This document shows positions 55,415 through 64,000 of a stretch of DNA of 64,000 nt, piece by piece. This DNA comes from Cyanidioschyzon merolae. Taxonomy: Eukaryota. How positions within the stretch are numbered: the stretch's first letter is position 1; each line of letters starts with the position of its first letter. Under the pieces are notes generated by a model. That model was not told the origin of the DNA and did not search any database. It saw nothing but the letters and a program-made list of their open reading frames with translations. A program made the position numbers and the translations under genes. The stretch lies in NCBI GenBank assembly GCA_000091205.1, contig AP006501.2; one strand, written 5' to 3'.

Positions 55415-56237
55415 ATGCAACAGTGCCCTTCACACATGGCAACTGGGCGTGACGGTGGTGCGGAGCAGACGTCACCGGCTTCATCACCGCCTTGTACCGC
55501 TCTGCGTCGTCGTCGCTTTCAATGTCTACGCTCCGAACATCAGAGCACGAACGAAAGCGTTCTGCGCACGCTGCTCCCACTGCAGTCGCTTGGGGAACTT
55601 GAGGCGTCCGTGCCGCAACCCGCGGACTATGTGGTTTACAAGGGATTCCGGTACGCCCGGCCCTACGTTCACGCCTATCAAGCGTACTGTAAAGCGCGTT
55701 GGATCGGGCTTCGACCCTGCGACGCGCTCGCGGCCGAGTTCCCGTACCTACCCGCGTCATACTGGCGGGAAGCGCAACGCACCGGTCGACTGCTCCTTAA
55801 CGATCGTCCGGTTCCAACTGACTGTGTCCTAAGCGGACACGGTGTTGAGCGTCTTACCCATATCGTGCACCGACACGAGTTGCCCGTCGTGTACACCGAG
55901 CGGATTCCGGTGCTGTACGAGGACGCGCATCTGCTAGTCGTCGATAAACCTGCATCCATTCCGGTCCATCCGGGCGGTCACTACCACCGTAACGCACTAC
56001 AGCAGTTGTTGCGCATGCAACGGCATCTCGAGCGCTTCGCTTCGCCAGCGCTACCATGCGAGACTGCAGAATGCACGACATTCGCATCGACCGCACCGGG
56101 CGACTTGTCTGCAGCATTGGGTGCGGCCGGAGCGTGCTCCCCGGTGGCAATGTCAACGACCGTGTATGACGCGTCGACAGCGGCAATAGAGACACCAAGC
56201 GCGAATGCATTGCAGCATGCACCAACAACAACAACAA

Positions 56238-56279
<42 letters not shown>

Positions 56280-58270
56280 AGCGAACAACACAACCGCTGT
56301 GGATACTCAATGCCGAGGAACATAGAAAGCACGAGCCGCAAGTCGTATCGCCGGATACCTCGAAACCGGAGACGCTGCATGTGATCCATCGCCTCGACAA
56401 GGAGACATCCGGCGTCGTTCTGTTCGCCAAAAACAAAGATACTGCTCGAAGGTTTTCCATCGAATTACAAAAGCAGAGTACAGATGTCGGTGTCGGGAAG
56501 AGTGAAAGCAGCGCCCCGTTGAACCTGCGCAAGCTTTATCTTGCTCAAGTAGAAGGTATCTGGAGCAGCTCGGACGTGATCGAAGAAGCGCCAGTACCGG
56601 AAGTTACATCCAAGGCAGCGACTCTGTCTATGACAGACACGAAACACCTCGTCCAAGCCCTATTCCACTCATTCGAGGAGCAACGCAGAACGAGGGAACA
56701 AGCCGATCAGGTGCAAGGCGCGCCCCGACCGTACCACACCAGTGCACGTCTCGTACCAGACGCGGATAGTGATTTGATATCTGCACCGAACGCATTGACT
56801 CCACTGAAACCGGCGACAACTGGTGACCAGACGCGTACACGAGCGCACAGCGAGGCTGCGCCTTTGGATATCCTAGGCGTATCGAGAAAGCGGGCCCGAA
56901 ACAGTGACGAGGTCCAGGCCTTGGTCCAGGCAGCTGTTCGCAGTCCAGACGCGTGGCGGTGTCTCGAAGCTGTCGCCGAGACGCGCGGCGTTCACGTCAT
57001 CCGCAACGACAAGGACAATGCATCTGATCTCGTGCATCGCGCAACAAGAGTGCCAGCGACGACGACGACGACGACGACGATACCCCCCGATGCCAATGCA
57101 CCGAACGCCGAATCCGGTGCAGTGACGTGCCCGGCGCTGCGCACTTTGTTTCGAGTACGCCCTGGTCCAGTTGCCTGCGACATCGATGGCGAAGCGCATG
57201 CGGTGCAGGAAACGAGCGCGCTTGACGTGGCAGCTAGCGATACCCCCATCGCCGCTGGAGGAGAAGCGGGCGCAACGCCGCCGTTGCAGTACAGCGCGAA
57301 GCGTGACATCAGTGCTGGGTCCATGGAGATGGTCGCCAGCCTCCAGCAGCGCATCATCCCCTTGAAATATCCGTGGATAGTGTGCCGTCAACGACTGCTC
57401 TACGACCGCCGTGCAAATTGCACCAAGGTTGATGCCGACCGCGGCAAACACGCTGAAACCTGGTTCCGACCGCTCGCCTACGACGCAGAGCAGCGTCGCA
57501 CGCTCGTGGCCTGCATTCCCGTCACCGGACGGACGCATCAGATACGAGTCCATTTGGAGTCCATGGGTTATCCGATTTGCGGCGACGGCCTCTATGGCGG
57601 CGCATGGAGTAGCTCGCCACTACCTTTCGCTTCTGCCCATGAACCAGCGATACCCGAGAATGATCCTCGAACAATGCTAGACGCGCTGCCGTTCCAGATA
57701 CACGGTGCTGCATCGAATCCTGCTGTCGATACCGCCCAGAGTCTGGCTCGAGTCGAGTCAGAGTTCTCGTTGCGCGACGATGCCCAGGGAGCAGCGAACG
57801 GGAACACGGAAGCGCTCGATTTTGAATCGACACCTGTCGATGCCGATATCGCTGGCCTAGCGCCCAAGGCTCCCGCACCGTCCCTCGTTGCGCGCTGTCG
57901 CGAAGCGTCTTGCACGGCTGTCACGGGAACGTCAACCCGCGCTTGCATGCGGCAACCGTCATCGGAGACGCACCACTCGACAGCATCCTGTCGCGTTTTC
58001 CGCATTGGATCGCTAGCGGCAGAGCAGAGCCCTCGCTGCGCTCCCGAAGACGATGCGGCAAGCATGGGTTGCGTAATCTGTCCTGCACTGGCGGCGATTC
58101 CAAATGCCCTTCCAGAGTGCATTCATCTGCATGCGTTTTGCTACGGAACGTTCATAGCGCCGTTGCCGCAGTGGGCCATGGTGTACGGACCAGCATTGCG
58201 CCGGCACCAAGATGGAGAAGGCACATCCGAACTCGCCGGGTCTAGTGCACTGAGCGACGCATCCCCATGA
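55415..58270 (+). CDS. RluA-family RNA pseudouridine synthase with long low-complexity insertions
   Basis: 'LLVVDKPASIPVHPGGHYHRNALQQLL' and catalytic 'HRLDKETSGVVLFAK'; 'THQIRVHLESMGYPICGDGLYGG'. Poly-T/poly-A tracts encoded by the (ACA)n (~56224-56242) and (GCA)n (~56243-56275) tracts, plus a (GAC)n tract at ~57058. Confidence 0.8.
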
Positions 58271-58662
58271 CATGTGACCCCAATGGGCTCCGCTACGAGC
58301 ACAAGGCATGCACCAAGCCCCGGTTTCATGGATACCGTGCAGCATTCGTTCTAGAGCGCGCAATCAAACGCCGTCATGATGCCGTTCGACGTGCGGACCA
58401 ATGGACGACGTTTTGCGCGCTGAGCGCCTTGCGATTCGCCAGTCGCAAACAACCTCGTCACCCGTGCATCGTCTGACGGAACGCGTGCGCGCACCGCAAA
58501 AAGTCCTCGTCGGAAGCCGCCTCGCGACTCGACATCGACCTATGCACGCGAGCGATTTCGAAGCCGCCGTTGCATCATCGCGTGTGCACTACCGAACTCG
58601 GTTCGATAAACGCCGGCGCGAGACGGTGCTAACGCAACGCGCCTGCACCATCCCGATACCGC

Positions 58663-61266
58663 TCAGACTTGCGGCGTACGATCGGTACTCGTGCTGGTGC
58701 TCAGCCAACGCGATGGATAGCGAGGATCTTCGTTCTCCATTTTGTTCAACCATTCCACAATTTGCTGGAACGAGGGCCTCTCGCTGTAGTGCTCTTTCCA
58801 GCACTGCTCCATCAGCTGCGCCCATTGGCTCGGGATTCTCCAGGCGCTCTTCGAGTCTGGTCCCGAGCGCAGCGGCGGTCGGGCACCCTTGTCGGCCACT
58901 GCAAAGGCCGCCTGGATAGGTGTCATCGTCGCATACGGAATTTCGGCTGTGAAAAACTCCCAAATCGTGATACCGAAACTATACACATCCACTTTCTCGG
59001 TGTAGCGCTCGTGGCGAATCATCTCCGGGGCCATCCAACGATAGGTGCCGGTCTCCGCGGTCATCACGCCCGCCGCCGACGACGACGTGGATGCACTGGA
59101 TTCGGAGGCCGCAGTTGCCAACGACCTCGCCAGACCAAAGTCGGCAACTTTCACCGTTGGACGACCTAGACTCAGTGGTTTGTCCAACAGAAGGTTCTGC
59201 GATTTCAGATCGCGGTGAATGAGGCCACACGCGTGCAAGTACGCCATGCCGCGGGCTGTATCACGAGCCAGCGCCACCAGATCCGCGTGCTGCAGACGCC
59301 GCCACGCAGGCAACCGAATCGCCTGGTAAACGCTGCCACCAAAGCAGAACTCTGTGATGATCGCGAGACGCGGAATCCGTGGAACCGCACCCAGAAAAAG
59401 CAGGATGTTGCTGTGCCGAAGCTTGCTCATCACATTGACCTCTTCACAAAAGCTCTGAATCACGGACTCTGCACCCTTCTCGACGGATATCACTTTTGCC
59501 GCCACGATGCTGGCTCGCCATTCTGCTTTGTATAGCTCGCTGAACGCGCCCGATCCGATTTTCTCCTGCAGCTTAATCTCAGCAAAATCAATCTCCCAAG
59601 TCTTTTGGGTATCGCGAAGTTTTGTTTTGAGAACTTTGATGCGATCCTTGGACACCTCAAGTTCGTTGCGCAATCGGCGTACGAGTTCCGCGAGTTCCGT
59701 TACCGATGCATTCGGACCTGCGTCTCGCTCGGAGAGCATAGGATTTGACTCGGTTACCGGACCAATGGTTCGTGCCTGCGTCGCCACCTGAAGCGTTACC
59801 TGGGTGTCGGGTGCAGGGCCCGCCCCAGCGGCACCCCGAACGCTGCCATCCGCAGTCGCCAGTGGCCGCTGCGGCGCAAAAACTAGGCCGGACTCGACGC
59901 TGTTTTCTTCGGCGCGCAGACGCAGGCCATGGCAACGTAAGTTGCGCAGCAGGAAAGCTCGTCTTGTCATGTTGTGCTCATGAGCGATCCAACGAATTTT
60001 CATGCGCGCTCGATTGACAAGCACAGCATGACGAGTCAGACGATCAGCGGGTCGGATCCGCTCACAGAGGTTCTGCAGGCCAAAAATCCAGGCCATGAGT
60101 TCATCTTCGGTGATTGCGGCCATATCGACAGTGCGCTCGTTCAGGACCAAACTGAAACAAAGCCAGTCAGGGTCGGGAATGCGATCAGGGCCCAGTGTAG
60201 CAAAGACTGTGCTTTGCGGCCCGTGTAAGATCCGTTCGCACGTGTCCAAGCTCACGGAATGAATGCGAATGGGCTTTTCGGGGCGATTCATAGCGGATTC
60301 TTGGGCTTCTGTGCGGAACTGCGTGTCGCCAGCGCTTGAGTGCCCCGCAATGGTGCTCGACCATCGCAGTTCGCGGCTCTCGATATCCACATACACGTGT
60401 TCCCGGCGTCGTTTCCCCGATGAGAACGAGTATCGGTAGAGGACGCTGCCGTGGCGGAGAAATTCCCGATCGGCATCGCGGCGTGCTTCGAGGTAGCGTC
60501 GATCGGCAACCTCCCGCGCACGCTGCTCAAGATCCGACAGCGCGATATTCGAGAGCGATCGCTCGACACCCGAGGCGGCGGCGAGTCGCCCTTCGGCATT
60601 TGCAATCGCAGCGGCGGCGGCCATGCGTGCTGGCGGTGCCTTTGGAATATCCTCGTTGCCAGCAGGCGCAGTGCTGGACAATGCTGGTGGCACTGGTACC
60701 GTTTCGCGGCTGCTGCCTCGAGGCGCTGCGCCTCGCGCGCTCGACACAGGCTCTGCTGCCCGTGACTCACCAGTCAGGACACGCATGAGTTCATCGTAAA
60801 GCTGCGAGGCTCGTGCATCATCCTCTAGCACTCCGTCAGCATCATCGAGCCGAAAGATGTCCATAATAGAGTCAGACGGTAGCGAGAAAAGCTTCGCCGC
60901 TACAATGTTAAACCCATAGTCTCTGAGTTTATCCGAGAGCTCTGCGAGGAGGCCTTTCCGCTCACGACCCACAACTGTAAGTTCAACGGTTTTCATGCCA
61001 CCTTTCTGCTCCACGGCAAACTCAACGAACGGTTTTTTCGATAAGATAAACTGGCGCCATAGTTGGTAATGGCGCAGCGTCACCTCGGCCGGCAGCGACA
61101 TGACATACTCTCCAGGCCGGGCGCTTCGAACGTGGCCGCTCGCGCGTTCTACATGGTATGCGCTGCGGCTGTCGGGCGGCGGCGAAGGCACGGGCGGGTC
61201 CCCTTGGCCGCTCCCCCGCTCGGTACCCGCACCCGACCGTTGCACATCTGGCATCCTCTCGAACAA
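58663..61266 (-). CDS. TKL-group protein kinase with N-terminal ACT-like and PH-like domains
   Basis: Kinase 'IGSGAFSELYKAEW...VAAKVI', 'HRDLKSQNLLLD', 'VADFGLAR', 'YRWMAPEMIRHERYTEKVDVYSFGITIWE'. ACT-like 'TVELTVVGRERKGLLAELSDKLRDYGFNIVAAKLF'. PH-like segment ending 'EDELMAWIFGLQNLCE'. Confidence 0.85.
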   Translation of the reverse strand: MFERMPDVQRSGAGTERGSGQGDPPVPSPPPDSRSAYHVERASGHVRSARPGEYVMSLPAEVTLRHYQLWRQFILSKKPFVEFAVEQKGGMKTVELTVVGRERKGLLAELSDKLRDYGFNIVAAKLFSLPSDSIMDIFRLDDADGVLEDDARASQLYDELMRVLTGESRAAEPVSSARGAAPRGSSRETVPVPPALSSTAPAGNEDIPKAPPARMAAAAAIANAEGRLAAASGVERSLSNIALSDLEQRAREVADRRYLEARRDADREFLRHGSVLYRYSFSSGKRRREHVYVDIESRELRWSSTIAGHSSAGDTQFRTEAQESAMNRPEKPIRIHSVSLDTCERILHGPQSTVFATLGPDRIPDPDWLCFSLVLNERTVDMAAITEDELMAWIFGLQNLCERIRPADRLTRHAVLVNRARMKIRWIAHEHNMTRRAFLLRNLRCHGLRLRAEENSVESGLVFAPQRPLATADGSVRGAAGAGPAPDTQVTLQVATQARTIGPVTESNPMLSERDAGPNASVTELAELVRRLRNELEVSKDRIKVLKTKLRDTQKTWEIDFAEIKLQEKIGSGAFSELYKAEWRASIVAAKVISVEKGAESVIQSFCEEVNVMSKLRHSNILLFLGAVPRIPRLAIITEFCFGGSVYQAIRLPAWRRLQHADLVALARDTARGMAYLHACGLIHRDLKSQNLLLDKPLSLGRPTVKVADFGLARSLATAASESSASTSSSAAGVMTAETGTYRWMAPEMIRHERYTEKVDVYSFGITIWEFFTAEIPYATMTPIQAAFAVADKGARPPLRSGPDSKSAWRIPSQWAQLMEQCWKEHYSERPSFQQIVEWLNKMENEDPRYPSRWLSTSTSTDRTPQV

Positions 61267-61739
61267 ACTCGTACGCTAGTCAATATTTTTGTTCAAGTAT
61301 ATCTCGCGCTTATTTCGTGCCACTTCAGCGTTCCACGTCGTCTCTAGTGCACGCTCCCTTTCGTGCTTCACTTCGTTCCGGAAACAGGTACCAGGGCACG
61401 CGCACTCGGAGGGTGCCGTTCGCTGGGCCGCCAACCTCGCCACCGTGTGTCTCCACCCCAAAATTTCGACGATGCAATGCCCGTTTTCGAAAAAGTACCT
61501 GCCTAAGGTTCCACCTTCGAAGCGTCACCGTCTCGAAAACGCAAAAGCGCACGCTTCCGCAGTGCGCATTCTAGCGCGCGGCAAAGTGCGAAAGCAACAC
61601 GCATCCGGCGGCGGCGTGTCTACACGCATCCGGCGCTGGGATGGCGGGATCGCTGCGAGCACGCATGCTGCAAGCGTAGCGGCGCTATAGGCGCCGCTGC
61701 TGTCGCTATCGGCAAGCACTAGGCACACGCAATAGCACG

Positions 61740-61890
61740 TATGAAACGACCAGAATATCTGAGAAGAAGTACAGGTAATCTAACTTGGAGGAAGGTGCTT
61801 CATCATGGACGCTTTCCCGAAAGCCACTATCCTTTCCGAATTCTGGAATCCATGGTCAATGGAAACGTCTTGTTAATGAAAAAAACGAAT
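61740..61890 (+). repeat. Dispersed element X, copy C (~265 bp upstream of the family-A ATG)
   Basis: See copy A. Shares the A-rich 3' end 'atgaaaaaaacg' with copy A. Confidence 0.6.
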
Positions 61891-62153
61891 CGCGCTCGGT
61901 GGGCGCACCTGGGAGATCAGGCAGTCAACTGACGCGATGCGCGTGCCGTTGTTGAAGGGAAACTCATTTGGGATCACGAGCGTGTTGTTCAGCTGTAAAA
62001 TGTTGGATTTCCGTTCAGGTCGTAGCCAAGTAAAGTTTTTCAGTTTATTTTTGTTTCAAACTTCAAACACGTTTAGTCAAGTGTTTTTTCGCAGTATATA
62101 ACAGCAGGGCTCAAAGAGCGTTCTTTTTCAAAGAAACTAATAAAAGGAAAGTT

Positions 62154-64000
62154 ATGAAAAACCAAGTCCACGATCCTGGAGCCCCAGTGTCGCCGGCTGC
62201 CAGAAAAAAAACAAAAAACAGTGCCGAGTCCAGAAGAAAAGGAAGAGAAGAAGGACCGAAAGGGGGAGGCCCTACGTCGAAGGCGGCACGAGAGACGACT
62301 GTACGACGAGGTGGTGGTGAAAACCTTTCTTCTTAAACTTATCCAGGATCCCTATAGGAAAAAGTTGCGAGGCGCTATCGAAAAACGTGTCGACACGTAC
62401 TCCAAGAATATTGTCAAGGCGTCGTCGGGACTGATGCATTTAGCGAGGGAGATGTACGAAGACGTCGCGCACATGGAAACAGTCGAGATTCCAGACGAGT
62501 TCTTCGACAAGACCTTTATTCAACACCTGATGCTTGGTACAGGGGAAACGCGGAGGGAAAATGAGCGGGTGCACGCCCTCCACGAAAACTTCGCGGGATT
62601 CCGCTTCGAGGGTAATCGATACAAGGGTGACTCGAATATGTACGGCTATGGGGCGATGAAGTACCTCACGAACCTGAAGAACCATTCGATAGTGAACCTC
62701 GAACGTTACATGATACGCGCCTTGTTTGCACTCTACCCGGGCATCTGTCCGAAAGGAATATCAGCGATTATCAATGGCATCACGCACGATCGCAAGCGTG
62801 AAGATGACATCGAATTTGTCGACAAGAAGGCATCAAAAGTGAGCACGAATGAAGCTTCTGTAATCCGTGCGGTTATACAAGAGCACCGTGCGGTACTGGG
62901 GCTGGTGAGTCCAACAGACAAGATATCAGAGTCGAAAAAGGATAAGGAAAGATACTATCGCCTCATCCTGTGCTATTTCGTGTTTCTGGACCGAGAGCTC
63001 GAACGCAAGTCGGAGATGAACCTGAGTGAAGAGACAAATGAAGAGTACGAGAGACGGAAGGCTGTCCTAATGGGGAAGCGCTTCAACGTGGTTCCAATGT
63101 CCAATATCAAGTCACATTATGTGACTACCGACTCCAGAGTCCTTTACGGCATCATGAGGGAGATCAGTCCCGAATTCAATGTTAGTGTGGAGGGCTTCAC
63201 CGGCGAAAACCGGGAGACGCACTGGAAGAATATCTTCGATTTCAAACGTCTCAAAACGAGCAAACAAAATGTATTCACCGGGATGATCGAAGCCGATGGA
63301 GTAGCCTTGTGTGTACACAATCGGCGATTGAAGAAAGTTCGTCCAACTCCGCCTTCGGCTGCGCCCGTCATGAAGGATGAAGAAAACAAAGAGGAGGATC
63401 CTGTGACGCAGGAGGAGCAGGATGACGACCTTGTCGTTGGCGTGACGAAGGATGAAGAAAACAAAGAGGAGGATCCTGTGACACAGGAGGAGCAGGATGA
63501 CGACCTTGTCGTTGGCGTGACGAAGGATGAAGAAAACAAAGAGGAGGATCCTGTGACACAGGACATGCATGATAACGATTTTGTCGTTGGCGTGACGAAG
63601 GATGAAGATGAGAAGGAGGCGAGTCCTGCGACGCAGGAGGTGGAGAATAACGACTTTATGGTTGACGCGACGAAGCATGAAGAAAAGAAGGAGGCGGATC
63701 CTGCGACCCACAAAGTGCAGGATAACGACTTTGTCGTTGGCGCGGACCCTGGGAATACGAATATCATAACCATCGCTGCTCCCAAGCGTGCGGAAGATGG
63801 TACTGATGGTAACTTACGTCAGAAAGACATGCGTCTGTTGAGGTTCTCGAGAGCGAGATACTATCGAGAATCGGGAATCATAAATGCAAGGAAGAAAATC
63901 GAGACTTGGAATTCAGGAATGAAAGAGCACCTGGAAGCTTCGAGCGAGGTGACGAGCCGAGGAGCGGACTTTGAAGCTTTTCGGAAATTCACGGAAGTTC
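62154..64000 (+). CDS. Family-A ORF, apparently intact, running off the window. Short 5' ORF (frame 0, 62154..62336) followed by the main ORF in the +1 frame from ~62311. Putative transposase-like or unknown multi-copy protein.
   Basis: Main frame open from 62158 to the window end (>600 codons) with no ATG before 62436. Strong synonymous-biased divergence versus the 50-51 kb copy. Contains an internal 75-bp (25-aa) acidic tandem repeat x5. Confidence 0.6.
63373..63750 (+). repeat. In-frame coding tandem repeat, 75 bp (25 aa) x5
   Basis: '[25 protein letters not shown]' repeated inside the family-A ORF; absent from the 50-51 kb copy. Confidence 0.85.

Noticed and set aside
58401-58919. 172-aa plus-strand ORF
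   Set aside because: Antisense or overlapping the 3' end of the TKL kinase gene; no motifs.
62302-62356. Short GT...AG intron (55 nt) joining the 5' ORF to the main family-A ORF
   Set aside because: Main-frame coding conservation ([10 protein letters not shown] vs FLLRRTQHPY, synonymous changes) extends upstream of the putative acceptor to ~62311. The frame-0 coding signal runs to 62309, leaving no room for an intron.
1-64000. Prokaryotic defence or accessory system (RM, toxin-antitoxin, CRISPR, phage genes)
   Set aside because: Gene content (TFIIH, GLE1, Mot1, DHFR-TS fusion, MCF carrier, ENGase), ORF sizes and repeat types are eukaryotic nuclear. No prokaryotic operon structure or RBS-spaced genes.

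Overview
This window is not a prokaryotic accessory island. It reads as a compact, GC-rich (~60% in coding regions), essentially intron-free eukaryotic (protist-type) nuclear segment, with long ORFs on both strands. It also contains a bifunctional DHFR-TS, which restricts the source to a bikont lineage, and its codon and compaction pattern would fit an oomycete or other stramenopile, though lineage is inference only.

Confidently recognisable housekeeping genes:
- TFIIH p34/Tfb4
- a mitochondrial carrier (SAM-carrier-like)
- an RRP15-like protein
- a GLE1 mRNA-export factor
- a GT92 (DUF23)-type glycosyltransferase
- a cytosolic endo-beta-N-acetylglucosaminidase (GH85)
- DHFR-TS
- two protein kinases, one with an ACT+PH+TKL architecture
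- Mot1/BTAF1 SNF2 ATPase (1884 aa)
- an ABCG half-transporter
- an RluA-family pseudouridine synthase
- an orphan 1510-aa protein

Between the genes are several gene-poor islands carrying minisatellite arrays (71 bp x15, 104 bp x5, 85 bp x7, 70/71 bp x3, 65 bp x2).

The most interesting content is a multi-copy element system:
- Family A is a long ORF, intact at the window end and degenerate at 49.5-51.3 kb. It has a conserved short 5' ORF joined to the main ORF through a +1 frame junction at a conserved CGA-CGA-G site.
- Family B is a ~0.5 kb coding unit, with one copy next to the degenerate A copy and one solo pseudogene-like copy at 12.6 kb.
- A ~150-nt dispersed non-coding element (X) occurs three times, each ~230-330 bp upstream of a plus-strand ORF start, with a covarying hairpin and an A-rich tail.

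No CRISPR arrays, rRNA genes or clear tRNA genes were recognised by eye.
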